A stretch of 63,781 bases of DNA, filler included, from Octopus bimaculoides (GCF_001194135.2; 6 parts of 6 records of this genome joined end to end with filler, not necessarily neighbours in it); one strand, 5' to 3'; shown: positions 13,401-27,732, counted from the first letter of the whole stretch. Notes: a model not told the origin generated them from the sequence alone. Translations and numbers: made by a program.

Positions 13401-13589
13401 CGACGACCCGAAGCTCCAATCACATAATTAATTCAATATCTTTGATAGAATAATCTGATTGTTAAAGTGTTAAATATATCCCAAACCATAACGTTAATAA
13501 TGCTTTCAAATTTAGTCAAAAGACCATCAGTTTTTTTTTTCTGTTTTTGTTTTTGTTTCTTTCTGTTTCGTTTTTCCCAAGGGAAGGGT

Positions 13590-13991
13590 GGCAGGAAACA
13601 AGTTAGTCGATCACATTGACCCAGTACTCAACTAGTATTTTATTTTGTCAGCTCCGAAGAGAGCTGAAAGGCAATGTCGAAATCGGCGGAATTTGAACCC
13701 TAAACGTAAACAGCTGGTAAATGCCGCTCGGTATTATATTCCACACGCTAATGATTCTGCCAGATCACCACCTTAATAATAACAATAATGGTTTCAAATT
13801 TCACCTCAAGGGCAGCCATTTTGGGGAAGGAATTAAGTCGGATACATCGACCCCAGTACGCAACTGGTACTTAATTTATTAACCCCCCCAAAAAAGATAA
13901 AAGGCAATGTCGATCTCGGCGGAATTTGAACTCAGAACGTTGCGAAATACCGCTAAGCATTTCGTACAGCGTGCTAACGATTCTGCCGCCT
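13590..13991 (-). mobile_element. Two tandem SINE family B copies
   Basis: Family B core at about 13620-13775 and 13830-13991, followed by (taa)n. Confidence 0.75.
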
Positions 13992-13993
13992 TC

Positions 13994-14036
<43 letters not shown>

Positions 14037-14058
14037 CAACAACAGCAACAACAACAAC

Positions 14059-14420
14059 AACAAGAGCACTCAGCGATCGCAAACTACCGCAAACACCAAC
14101 GTCCTCTCAATGATTGGCCTAAGATGAATTTTAAAATGAGAATATCTGAAATAAACTCGACTGCTCTCACAAACGAGAATATTAAAAATAAACCCGACCG
14201 CACTCTAAAATTAAGTGAAAAAACAGGAAAAATAACCCAGAATCCTTGTCCGGTACCGGATCGATCACAAAATCTAATCAATCAGTGCATGCCAGTCACG
14301 AGGCCAAACATCCCTGAAAGTTTCATCCAAATCCAGTCTGTGGTTCTTGAGATATCTTGTCTACGGACAAACAAACGCGACTGAAAACAATACCTCCGCC
14401 TTCGCTAAGGCAGAAGTAAT
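14059..14420 (+). mobile_element. Non-autonomous Helentron/HINE (DINE-1-like) element
   Basis: 5' end is aacaagagcactcagcgatcgcaaactaccgc (degenerate subterminal IR). There is an internal (caaa)n tract. The 3' stem-loop is acctccgcc-ttcgctaa-ggcagaagt, with no evident TSD. The assignment rests on recalled architecture. Confidence 0.55.
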
Positions 14421-14778
14421 AAATAAATAATAATAATAATAATAATAATAATCTTTTCTTCTATAGACACAGGGCATGGACTTTTGGAGAAGGTAGCTAG
14501 ACGATTACGATGCGTAAATGGTACTTATTTCAATGGTCTAGAAAAGAGGAAACACAAAATTGAGCTCAATGGAATTTAAGCTCAGAACTCAAAGATAGAC
14601 GAAAGGCGCTAATCAGGCCTCGAAACAGACATAAATCTATAAATAAAAGCAGCCTCCGACTTTTTCTATGCAAAAGTGGTTTCCAGCCCAATATTTCTAT
14701 GCTTTTATTTATAACTTTATGGGGATTCATATGTATGTATGTGTGTGCGGGTATGTATATGTGTGGATGTGGCTTTGA

Positions 14779-14832
<54 letters not shown>

Positions 14833-14833
14833 T

Positions 14834-14875
<42 letters not shown>

Positions 14876-14922
14876 TATATATATTTATACACACACACAC
14901 ACATATATATATATATATTTAT

Positions 14923-14958
<36 letters not shown>

Positions 14959-14992
14959 TTATACACACACACACACACACACACATGTAAGT

Positions 14993-15375
14993 GGAAGCGC
15001 ATTGGCCCAGTGGTTAGGGCAGCGGACTCGCGGTCGTGAGATCGCGGTTTCAATTCCCAGACAGGTGTTGAGTGTTTATTGAGTGAAAACACTCAAAGCT
15101 CCACGTGGTTCCGGCAGGGAGTGGTAGCGAACCCTGCTGTATTCTTTCACCACAACTTTCTCTCACTCTTTCTTCCTGTTTCTGTAGTACCTGTATTTTA
15201 AAGGGCTAGCCTTTTCACACACTGTGTCACGTTGAATCTCCCCCGAGAACTACGTTAAGAGTGCACATGTCTGTGGAGTGCTCAGCCACTTAATTACACG
15301 TTAATTTCACGAGCAGGCTGTTCCGTTGATCGGATCAGCTGGAACCCTCGTCGTCGTAAACGACGGAGTGCCACG
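14993..15375 (+). mobile_element. tRNA-derived SINE family C (possibly an Arg-like head)
   Basis: A-box tggcccagtggttagg, loop gactcgcgg, B-box ggtttcaattccc. The ~380-bp body ends gacggagtgcc. A second copy lies at 37284-37663. Confidence 0.82.
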
Positions 15376-15985
15376 ACGATATACATATATGTATATATTC
15401 ATATAAATATATATCTGTACAATTGTTTATGACAAAAATGTATATATGTGTATATATAAACACACACACATACACACACAAAGACACACACACAAAGACA
15501 CACATACACACACACATATATAATCTAGAAAACCTCCTCGCTGCCAACTGGCGACGCTAGTTCCAAACTCTTTTCAGTGATCATGTTTACCCCGACTTAA
15601 CAGGACAACAAGAACTGGTCTTATTATTATTGTAAGTCAGACATATAAGCGTCAATTCCTACTCACTTGGAGGGTTTCACCTCAACTCCGAACAATGCAT
15701 GTTGAACTGCCAGATTAACGCAAGTTTCTGTAGAGAGATAGCCCGCCGCTCTAATATCTGTGTGAATGTTTGTGCAAATGAATATATGAACGCATAACTA
15801 TGTGACATTATTATTGTTGTTGTTGTTGCTGTTGTCATTGTTTGAGTCGTGTTGTTGGTGACAGTGGTAATGTTGGTGTTGGTGGTCTTGTTGTCGCACT
15901 TGTGGTGGTGGTGGTGGTGGTGGTGGTGGCGGCGGTGGTACTTTTTGTTGCTTTGTGTTGTAGTAGTAAGAGTTGTTGTTGTTGC

Positions 15986-16023
<38 letters not shown>

Positions 16024-16564
16024 TTGTCGTCGTTGTTGCTGTTGTTGTGAGGAGTGTTTGCTGAGGCTGTTGTTGGGCTGTGTTTAATATGTGTTTGAGC
16101 TTAACCTATCTTATGACAGCCAGACATATACATACATACGTCCACAGGTAGATAGGTGGGCAAGCAGACAGGATGGTGGAGGTTGGGTATGGTAGGTAGG
16201 CAGGTAGGTAGGTAGGTATTAGGTAGGTAGGTAGGTAGGTAGGTAGGTAGGTAGAGATGAAGGAAGGAAAGAACGAAGGACAGGAGGGTGACGGGTTGTA
16301 AAAGAAAGTTAGGTAAATCAATATGAAGGTAGGGGGTTGGTAGGTATATAGGTAAAAATGTATGTAGATAAGAAGATAGAAAAGCTGCTCTGTAGATAGA
16401 AAATCTAGTAGATGCACTGACAGACAGACAAACAGACAGACAGAGAAACAGAGTGTGAGCGAAGGTGGGTATCAACTGAAACTATGGGAAAAGCAAAGGT
16501 CAGTAATCCAGCTTGGTCGAGGGGAAATCTGAACGTGACACACGCGATACGTTTTTTTTTTTTT

Positions 16565-17320
16565 TGTTCTTTTACATTTTATCTTTTACTTGTTCGAGTC
16601 ATCAGACTGCGACCATGCTGGGGCACCGCCTTGAAGAATTTTATTTTGGGTCCAATGAATCTACTCCAGTATTTTTTTTTTCCATTCTTTTCAGTCTGGT
16701 ATTTATTCTTATTTCTTATTTCTTTACTGCCCACGAGGAGCTACACACAGAGGGGACAAACAAGGACAAAGAGATTAAGTCGATTACATCGATCCCAGTG
16801 CGTAATTGGTACTTATTTAATCGACCCCCAAAGGATGAAAGGCAAAGTTGACCTGGGCAGAATTTGAACTCAGAACGCAACGGCAGACGAAATACCGCTA
16901 AGCATTTCGCCCGCTGTGCTAACGTTTCTGCCAGCTCGCTATTCTATCAGTTTGTTTTGCCGAACTGCTAAGTTACAGAGACGGAAACCAACACCGGTTG
17001 TCAAGCGGTGGTAAGCCACACACNNNNNNNNNNATTCTATCAGTTTGTTTTGCCGAACTGCTAAGTTACAGAGACGGAAACCAACACCGGTTGTCAAGCG
17101 GTGGTAAGCCACACACATACGCACACACGCACGCACGCACGCACGCACGCACACATATACACGATGAGCTTCTTTCGGTTTCCATCTGCCAAATCCACTC
17201 ACAAGGTTTTTGGTTAGTCCGTGGCTATTATAGAAGACACTTGCCCAAGGTGTCACGCGATAGAACTGAACCCGGAACCATGTGTTTGGAAAGCAAACTT
17301 ATTAGCACACAGCCACTCTT
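16565..17320 (-). mobile_element. SINE family A with a nested SINE family B (about 16700-16939)
   Basis: The family A tail breaks at ttattc, SINE B follows, and A resumes at ctattctatc and continues to the head at about 17320. Confidence 0.75.
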
Positions 17321-18169
17321 GCACCTATACACATGTGTGTTTCTAGCATTATGTTTGTGTTTATATATATTTGTCCGTGAGTTTTAGCTCTATGGTTCCC
17401 ACCCCCAACTCTCGGTATCCATTCCGAAGTTAGTGAGGAATGATAGAGTCAGAGTTCCTAGTGTATTACTCTATTCTACTATGTATATGATCGATATATA
17501 TGAAGGGCTTTCCCGTCGAAGACCACGTATGAACGTTCAGCTCTTTTTTTTTTTTTCTGAACGGCCTGCGTAAATGATTTGTTTATAGAGATCAAATATA
17601 TGTACTGAACACCGGATCACTGTCGTCATCAAATCGATGTTACCTGAACACGTGTATGGCGTACCACGCGTCCGGTGTCGAAGTGATTGCAGGGCAACGT
17701 GAGATGATGTGTTTTGCACAAGAACCTGGTCTAGGAACTGAAATCACACGCGCATACACACACACGCACGCATATACACACTGACGTAGGCACCTAATTA
17801 CATGCATATCACAAGCATGTACACACACATACACACAGAAGTAAGCACATCGGGGCAAAGCTAAGTGGAAAAAGTATTACTCGAATACCGAACACAGAAT
17901 AATATACTATTTCACTAATGCCAAGAATAACTTCACAATCCGCTCCTCAGATTTCACGTGACTTCATCAGACAGTGGTGATAATATAGACAAGCAAGAAC
18001 TGAAACAAGTTGTGAATTAAAAAAAAATTCTTTTCGATTTCAATTTAATAGTGTGTGTGTGTGTGTGTGNNNNNNNNNNNNNNNNNNNNNNNNNNNNNNN
18101 NNNNNNNNNNNNNTTAATTAATTAANNNNNNNNNNNNNNNNNNNNNNNNNNNNNNNNNNNNNNNNNNNN

Positions 18170-18211
<42 letters not shown>

Positions 18212-18779
18212 TTTAATATGCATATGTCTGTGTGTAAGGATTGTTTATTTGTGTAGACGTGTGTGTTAGTTGTTAAGTTGTTGCAATGATACTTGTGGTT
18301 GTGGTTTCGAACACTGGAGCGCGAACTAAAAATTTCATTCTTGAGCAAATCTCTTCACTTAGCGTTGCCCACGCCTTTGCGATATATATATCTTTAACTT
18401 CTCTGAATTCATATTTTCATCCCTCACTAACCCACATCTTTCTGCTGTTTCCTAATATAAACGCCCCACATCTGTTCCTCAATGTACCTTCTTCTATGCA
18501 TTTGCGATGTTTAAAGACTTCAAGTCTCTTTTATTTTTCTTCCCTTCATTGATTCCTGCACTAAACTTTTTTAGTGACACCCCGATGAAAATAGTTGTGT
18601 GTACGATATTTCCAATATTAATTTTTTGATTTCAGAATATTCTTTACTGAAGAGTTATTTCATCTCCTTACATTTAGTTTCGACATCTTTTTTCTATTGT
18701 TCCAAGATACTCTATTATTCTATTATTCCAAAAATATATATTCTTCATCAACATCTATTTCATATTTCCACTACCACCA

Positions 18780-18824
18780 ACAACGACAAGACCAGTAACT
18801 TCCACAGCACCAACTACAACAACA

Positions 18825-18874
<50 letters not shown>

Positions 18875-18969
18875 AACCACTACTACTACTGCTGCTACTG
18901 CTAGTACCACCACAACTACTTCTACTACTACTACTACTACTACTACTTGTACTACTACTACTACTACTG

Positions 18970-19022
<53 letters not shown>
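18780..19022. repeat. (CTA)n/(CAA)n microsatellite
   Basis: Direct reading. Confidence 0.9.
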
Positions 19023-19023
<1 letters not shown>

Positions 19024-19463
19024 ATGTTAAAAGCTAACACAATTGAGATCAATACAAAAATGTGAATTTTTCTATATTTTCTATACTGAATATTACTCTT
19101 CAACGAAAACAAAGAACTTTTGTACGTAAAGTCAGCAGGCCAGATGAACGGATTTAGCTTAGGGACTATAGTTTGATGACACTTGGTGTAAAGGATTAAA
19201 TAACAGCAGTAGTTATTTCATCGACCACGGATAAAAGAATTTCAAAACGAATTTGAACTCAAAATCTAAAAACGTCCTTCTCTCTTACTCTCGCGCTCTC
19301 TAAACTTCTCTCTCTTTTTCCTTTCGCCCTCTCTCTCTCATACACACACACAGGGAGGGAGGGAGAGAGAGAGAGAGAGCAGAGAGCAGAGAGTGCAGAG
19401 AAGGATGGAAATCAATAAATGGATATTCAGATACAAGGATAGAGGGACTGAAATAACAGACAC

Positions 19464-19496
<33 letters not shown>

Positions 19497-20073
19497 CATT
19501 TCTTTTATTAGCCACACAGGGCTCAGATTGATAGATAGATGATTAGATGTCCCTTTATACATAGATGCATGCAGTTATTCCGAAGCATTATTTTTTAAGG
19601 TAATGGTAGAAGTAAGCAAATAGCTAAACCATGCAACGAAAATCGCATATCATCCAAAAAGCAAAAAAAAAAAAACAAAACAAAGAAGTATTGATAAAAC
19701 TTTAAAAATAATTCCATATTATTTCGTCACAACAATTCTAATAACGTCTTACTCCTTTACATGAAAAAATAACAAATAACTACTTCCCCATATCATATCG
19801 GAATAAATCTGCATAAAACTCAGCCTTTCCAAGAATTCCTATTGAAAACATTTTATCTGAACATCAAAAAACTCGGAATACTTTGGATATTAATATTCCA
19901 TTCTTGTTTACGTCGGAGTTAAACGTTTCGTTACTCCGATGTTAACAAAAATGGAATTTTTGTTTACGATACATGAATATAATGCTTCAATATGTTCACT
20001 ACGCGATTTTCTTTTAGCTTACATTACTGTTATTACAAAATTTCAGGCAATTCTGACTATAATAGAAACGTTG

Positions 20074-20139
<66 letters not shown>

Positions 20140-20142
<3 letters not shown>

Positions 20143-20339
20143 TAGTTTTATTTTTATAACGTGCTTTCACTTCACTACCGAGCGCAGCTCTGTGCGCCTT
20201 GGGTATGTGCTGTGGTTTGCTGTGGTGCTCTTATGTTTACTGTATTGAAAGTGTTTTGCGTAGAATGTGTGCAGTACCCAGTAGTGCAATTTTCTGTATG
20301 TTATATATATTTGTAAGTCCTGGTGTTTTTGTTATGTAT
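20140..20339 (-). mobile_element. 200-bp 3' end of the same R4/Dong subfamily
   Basis: Reverse complement is colinear with 55571-55770. It is adjoined by an (att)n array at about 20072-20139 and by an N gap. Confidence 0.8.
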
Positions 20340-21548
20340 NNNNNNNNNNNNNNNNNNNNNNNNNNNNNNNNNNNNNNNNNNNNNNNNNNNNNNNNNNNNN
20401 NNNNNNNNNNNNNNNNNNNNNNNNNNNNNNNNNNNNNNNNNNNNNNNNNNNNNNNNNNNNNNNNNNNNNNNNNNNNNNNNNNNNNNNNNNNNNNNNNNNN
20501 NNNNNNNNNNNNNNNNNNNNNNNNNNNNNNNNNNNNNNNNNNNNNNNNNNNNNNNNNNNNNNNNNNNNNNNNNNNNNNNNNNNNNNNNNNNNNNNNNNNN
20601 NNNNNNNNNNNNNNNNNNNNNNNNNNNNNNNNNNNNNNNNNNNNNNNNNNNNNNNNNNNNNNNNNNNNNNNNNNNNNNNNNNNNNNNNNNNNNNNNNNNN
20701 NNNNNNNNNNNNNNNNNNNNNNNNNNNNNNNNNNNNNNNNNNNNNNNNNNNNNNNNNNNNNNNNNNNNNNNNNNNNNNNNNNNNNNNNNNNNNNNNNNNN
20801 NNNNNNNNNNNNNNNNNNNNNNNNNNNNNNNNNNNNNNNNNNNNNNNNNNNNNNNNNNNNNNNNNNNNNNNNNNNNNNNNNNNNNNNNNNNNNNNNNNNN
20901 NNNNNNNNNNNNNNNNNNNNNNNNNNNNNNNNNNNNNNNNNNNNNNNNNNNNNNNNNNNNNNNNNNNNNNNNNNNNNNNNNNNNNNNNNNNNNNNNNNNN
21001 NNNNNNNNNNNNNNNNNNNNNNNNNNNNNNTTACGTTCCGAGTTCAAATTCCGGCGAAGGCGAACTTGCCATTCATCCTTTCGAGATCGATAAAATAAGT
21101 ACTAGTTGAGTACCAAGGTCAATGTAATCGACTCATTCACTCCCCCACTAACTGGAAAATTCCGCCTATTCCTGATTGACTTGATATCTTTCCAGCCTTA
21201 TCATTTAAGGTCTAAGGAGAATAGCTCTTTTACCTTTTTACTTTTCATTTTTTAACATTTTAGTTTCTGTTTTTCGTTTTTCGTTTTTCGCTTCCGTTAT
21301 TTATTTTCTGCATTTTCTATATGCTGCCTTCTCAAATTTTTCGCGTTTCTTCTATAATTCAATTTCTTTAGTTCGTTATGATAGGTGGTTTACGCTTAAA
21401 TAATATGTGTGAGTTTTCTCAACGTATGAAACTTTTAGTAGCACTTTAATACATGTATTGTGACCTTTAAATAAATACTATTTACCTCTCACCAGATTGA
21501 GTACTGAATTTTCTATCACGGATCAGCACATAATATCACGGTATATAA

Positions 21549-21593
<45 letters not shown>

Positions 21594-21778
21594 TATATAT
21601 ATTTATATATATATATATATAACCAGCCGAAATTGCAAGGATAATCTGGATCCCGACTAAAGAGAGAAAACTCCGAATGACATGTCCGTGTTTTCTTTTT
21701 GTATCGTCTATTTGTATGTTTTATCCCTTTCTTGTATGATCTAACTGTCTGTATGCTTTGCGTTCTTGTCTCACTCTG

Positions 21779-21821
<43 letters not shown>

Positions 21822-22650
21822 CGACACTAAAGTGACTAAGAGTGCCAGTTCTCCCCTTAGTCANNNNNNNNNNNNNNNNNNNNNNNNNNNNNNNNNNNNN
21901 NNNNNNNNNNNNNNNNNNNNNNNNNNNNNNNNNNNNNNNNNNNNNNNNNNNNNNNNNNNNNNNNNNNNNNNNNNNNNNNNNNNNNNNNNNNNNNNNNNNN
22001 NNNNNNNNNNNNNNNNNNNNNNNNNNNNNNNNNNNNNNNNNNNNNNNNNNNNNNNNNNNNNNNNNNNNNNNNNNNNNNNNNNNNNNNNNNNNNNNNNNNN
22101 NNNNNNNNNNNNNNNNNNNNNNNNNNNNNNNNNNNNNNNNNNNNNNNNNNNNNNNNNNNNNNNNNNNNNNNNNNNNNNNNNNNNNNNNNNNNNNNNNNNN
22201 NNNNNNNNNNNNNNNNNNNNNNNNNNNNNNNNNNNNNNNNNNNNNNNNNNNNNNNNNNNNNNNNNNNNNNNNNNNNNNNNNNNNNNNNNNNNNNNNNNNN
22301 NNNNNNNNNNNNNNNNNNNNNNNNNNNNNNNNNNNNNNNNNNNNNNNNNNNNNNNNNNNNNNNNNNNNNNNNNNNNNNNNNNNNNNNNNNNNNNNNNNNN
22401 NNNNNNNNNNNNNNNNNNNNNNNNNNNNNNNNNNNNNNNNNNNNNNNNNNNNNNNNNNNNNNNNNNNNNNNNNNNNNNNNNNNNNTATATATATATATAT
22501 ATATGTATGTTCTTGGGGTTAGCTAATGTTCGGTTCTGCATCTTTTAAAACCGTTTCTTCGTCTCCTTAATGCTCTTTTCAATACCAGTATTTTTGTTTT
22601 ACAGGTTTTCTAGATCTTTCAGATTATGTTAAATCATTTCTAAGACGCAT

Positions 22651-22848
22651 ATGATGATGATGATGGTGGTGGTGATGATGATGATGATGATGATGGTGGT
22701 GGTGATGATGATGATGATGATGATGATGATCATCATCATCATCATCATCATCACCACCACCATCATCATCATCATCATCATCATTATCATCATCATTATC
22801 ATCATCATTATCATCATCATTATCATCATCATCATTATTATTCTTCTT

Positions 22849-22917
<69 letters not shown>
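22651..22917. repeat. Compound (ATG)n-(ATC)n-(CTT)n-(ATT)n microsatellite
   Basis: Direct reading. Confidence 0.9.
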
Positions 22918-22918
<1 letters not shown>

Positions 22919-24407
22919 CTTGCGATAACAATGGTTTGAAGCTGTATCTAGAATCTAGGCGTTTCCGTTGGACAAACATCAGCATGGAGAGACGAGCCTT
23001 GGATACATGTGCAACCGCCAGTCTTCCTGAAAATATTTTGCCCAGGCCTGCACATAGGCGTATGTACACATGGTCAACCCTTGCGGACAGATGTCCTAAT
23101 ACAGATTTGAGAGATAGTTACATGGTATATATACAGCTTCAGTTGTTTTACTTTATTGGAAGTTTCTAGTTTAGACTATATCATTAATTAACAATGTAGT
23201 GTATTTTTCAACAGCCCTCATTCTGTGTTGCCTTTCTTGTTTGGTTGGTTATTCGGTTTTATTCTTCACCAGCTTTTATTACGTAAATACGTGATCAAGT
23301 GTAAGCCACATGTACCTACTGTATCTGTTTCTTTCTAATATAATGTTTCCATGGCTACGTTCCCTGATATGTCGTTCTATTTAAAAAAAAAATAAAGAAC
23401 ACACTTAGCTGTTCTATTTAACAAGTTGTACAACCGCATGCAGATTCATTCTTGGTTCATTTTCAACCTTGGTAAGATTTTTCTTTAATATCTTCACAAA
23501 TCTACTGTATTACGGCTGTAATATGGATATAATCGTTCTTGTCAATAATGTGGAAGTACATTTTTGTTCTTACACACTTCGTTGTTGTTCATTGTCCCCT
23601 TAGTCCTGACGAGGCAGAGCAAATCTACGATCAAAGACTTTCTGGGTAAGACCACCCTCTCTTTCAACACAATATGCAATGTGTATTTTCTCGTTTTTCT
23701 AAACAGAAGGATTGTTTAGAGACAAAGACTCAGTTGCTATTTGTGGCAGGGCGATGATACCGGAAGCCTCTCTCCTTAGGTTTTGCTGTTTACCTCCAGA
23801 TTAACCATTATTTAGCAGACATTTCACCAAACGAGTGCCATCGATAAAAATCCGATCTTTTCTAAAACAAGGCCTACCTTGTCAAATGTACATTTCTCTC
23901 TAAATGCAAAAAAATAATAATAATTGATTTCCTATTATTTCTAGCATAATGAGCGGTCGCGTAGACAACCTTACCTTAAATGCTCTCTATAATGTTAACG
24001 ACTTTGAAGGTTACTAGGTAACAAGCTAAATACAACAGAAAACACATTCCATATAGAAAATACTGTCTTCTATGTAGAGCAAAACAATATCATTGTTGGA
24101 AGTTAATTAGTTGCTCAACAGAAGCTTGGCCAGTGTTGATTTAATTATGATTTGGGTAGATTATAAATATTAATCATTGACTGATTAAATGGGCAAAATA
24201 TCTATATTGTACATGTACAAAAGAACAATAAAAAGTAAATACTTTGTTCTGAAAATTGTCTTTAAAATATTAATAGAAACTCTCCAGGTGTGTGTGTGTA
24301 TACATAAATACATACATACACATATGCATATAATATATGTATATATACATATATATATATTCGTTTTTATTCTTGTATATATATACATATATATGTATGT
24401 ATGTATG

Positions 24408-24473
<66 letters not shown>

Positions 24474-24848
24474 CATAAACACACACATATATATATACAC
24501 ATATATGTAAAAGTACATCTTTGTATTTTTGTAATGTACATGAACATGTATATGGATGCACAGCTAAGCATATATATTTTGTGTGAATGTGAGTGTATGT
24601 ATTTATGAATATGTATGTATATATGTATGTATGTGTATAATGATTCGAGAAATGCATTTTCAAAGGCATAATTTGGTCACACATAATGCTATATGTTCAT
24701 GCAGATATGCATATTTACTATACGTGTATAAGTGCGTTTGAATCTTTGCATATATATATATATATATATATTTCCACATATATATAAATATATTCCCACA
24801 TACATACATATACATATGTATATCTATACACATTTAAATATATATATG

Positions 24849-24938
<90 letters not shown>

Positions 24939-25186
24939 TGTGTAGACATAAGCGTGTATGCGTGCATGTATGTATATGTTTATACAGGTAAATATGCATA
25001 CATATGTTTCATATGTGACGAATCACTACGTAGAGACATATATATTTCTCACATTATTATGAGTAATCATAATATCATTATTATATTTTGTTACCCAATT
25101 TTTAATTACATATATTTCCAATTTTGTCTCACTATATATATTTCTGTATGCTCTATATATTGCGTCTCCCTACTTATAATTATAAG

Positions 25187-25345
25187 TTGTGGCTGTGTAG
25201 TAGGAAGCTTGCCTCACAAACACACGGCTACAGGTTCAGCCCCACTGAGGGGAACGCTAGGCATGTGTCTTTTACTATAGCTCCTGGTCAACCAACGCCT
25301 GGTTAGTTCATTTGGCAGACGGAAACTAAAGGAAGCCTGTCAGTT
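25187..25345 (+). mobile_element. Diverged SINE family A 5' half
   Basis: gtggctgtgtagtagg...ggttcagcccc...cagacggaaactaaaggaagcc. Confidence 0.65.
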
Positions 25346-25869
25346 ATATATATATATTCCCGCCTCAGGAATTGAGACCTCGATTTTACGGTCTTAAATC
25401 CAGCACACTAGCTCCGACGCTACGCATATTCCTCGAAGTTTTAAATAGTAAAACATGATTTACCAAGGCTCCCATAATCGATATGAGATGACACTGAGAA
25501 TTTTTAATCTGGATCAACGACAACCGGCTAGACATTGTAATCAGACGTTTTTCAGCTAAGATCTGGCATTAATGGTTTTATTTTTTAACTGAATTCATAG
25601 GTTCTTCGCTTATTTAAAACTGCAAGATGTGGTTCCAAGGCAATTTGGCTGCTATATGTTGCAGATAGCGTGACGATGTATTGTTTCACTTATTAGATCG
25701 TTGCTATAAGCTGTACTAAACTCAATGCCTTTTCTACTGGGCAAGCAGTTCTGATATATTAATGGTGTACAAACATTATCAAAGATAATATTGTCAACGG
25801 TATGCGTTACTTCGTAGTAGCGTCTATAAAAACAACGCCAAGAATGGCAACAGGATTCTCTCTCTCTCA

Positions 25870-25900
<31 letters not shown>

Positions 25901-25902
25901 TC

Positions 25903-25939
<37 letters not shown>

Positions 25940-26359
25940 NNNNNNNNNNNNNNNNNNNNNNNNNNNNNNNNNNNNNNNNNNNNNNNNNNNNNNNNNNNNN
26001 NNNNNNNNNNNNNNNNNNNNNNNNNNNNNNNNNNNNNNNNNNNNNNNNNNNNNNNNNNNNNNNNNNNNNNNNNNNNNNNNNNNNNNNNNNNNNNNNNNNN
26101 NNNNNNNNNNNNNNNNNNNNNNNNNNNNNNNNNNNNNNNNNNNTATATGTATGTATGTATGTATCTATGTTATGTGTGTATGTAAGTATGTGTGTGCGCG
26201 TGCGTATGTCTCTACATGAACATATATTGTCTATTATTTACCGAAGTTTGATAACCCCCATTCCCCTAACTTACTTTTGCAAATTCTGCCCATTAAAAAT
26301 TCAAGTTATATTCTTATGCATTGAGTCATACTTATTCTATTGGTTCAACCAAACCCCAC

Positions 26360-26392
<33 letters not shown>

Positions 26393-27732
26393 CATATATA
26401 TATGTATATATATATATATACATGAGTGTGTGTGTGTGTATGCAGTAATGCATCCTTGTCTTTGCCCGTATGTATCTCCAATTAATTAAAACAATTTCCT
26501 ATTCATTTTAAATATATCCTTTGTGAAGACCTCCCATTTTTAATAATTTTTCTCTCTCTGGGGATACTAAAGACATTTCCCTAGAAAGCTCAAAGCAATC
26601 ACATAGCGCTTCATATGAAATATTCTCTTCAATTTACAGACTGTTCTAAATATTAAATAAATAATTTCAATTCCGTTTAATTTGTCATCTTTGTATAAAT
26701 GATATTTAATTATCTTCGTTTTTCAACTTGTGTTTCATTATTTTTACGAACGAATCGTCGATGGATGAAACTTATCTCCAAATGGCTATTCACAGATCAA
26801 CTAGTACAGAAAAAAATAGTTAAAATCTTAATAGAATTTTATATAGTTACAAAAGATTTAAATATTATTGAACATTTTAATATTTTTTGGTGATGCTATG
26901 ATCATTAATAAAGTATTTTGGAAAGATTTTGATATTTATTGGTGTAATGAATTGTGTATCGTTGTTATTAGCTTTAAATTCTATGGAATAATTGTAAGAA
27001 TTAATGTTTTTAGTATACGTATATTTTATACACGCATACGCATGCAAGCGCATACTGTTACTCAGTCACGCGCGCATGGGCTCACACATGTTTAAAAAGT
27101 TTTTGAGAATAATTTCTTGATAATGTCTCTATTTTTGAAAAATGATTTTCTTTAATTATAAGACATTAATTGTATAAAAATATTTTTAAAAATAACAAGT
27201 AACCGATTAGATAGACGCCATGGAACGAAAAAGATTTTTGCAAGTATATTTGTGAGTGTGTGTGTGTGTGTGTGTATGTGTGTGTGTGTGTGTGCATGTG
27301 GCTGTGAGTATATGTCTCTAAATGCGTGTATATGTAGTTATTTTTATACATGCATTTATATATATATATATGTGTGTATACGTATATATGCATATACACA
27401 CATGTATGTGTGTGTGTGTGTAATTATTAAAGTATGACTGAATGGAATTTTATAGTAATATCCAATAATTTTAGGTTGTAGTTAGAACGAACAAACCTAT
27501 AATGGAAATAATTTTCGTTCCCGTAAAAAAGGCGCTGAATTTGCATCGAATTCTCAACAATTATGAAAAGGACATTTTGGATAATGTTACCCAGTATTGT
27601 AGCCATTAGTCTAATATAACATGGAATTTTGTTGAAATAACTCGTATATACTCTTGTAGTACGCGTAATTGACGGTTCTACACGGGTGAGACCTTCATAA
27701 AGAGAAACAGACTGCAGTATATCTCAATATGA

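Noticed and set aside
16484-16540. Peptide SNPAWS resembling UBE2J2 WNPAWS
   Set aside because: The flanking residues do not match (no FHPDTW, no VSTILTG), so it is a chance hit.
16941-17112. Identical ~80-bp duplication around a 10-N gap
   Set aside because: It is a perfect copy across a gap, typical of an unmerged contig overlap.
22920-23600. Possible Penelope or LINE remnant (CGCTTC-like peptide on the minus strand)
   Set aside because: No GIY-YIG or RT motif could be traced, so the evidence is too weak.
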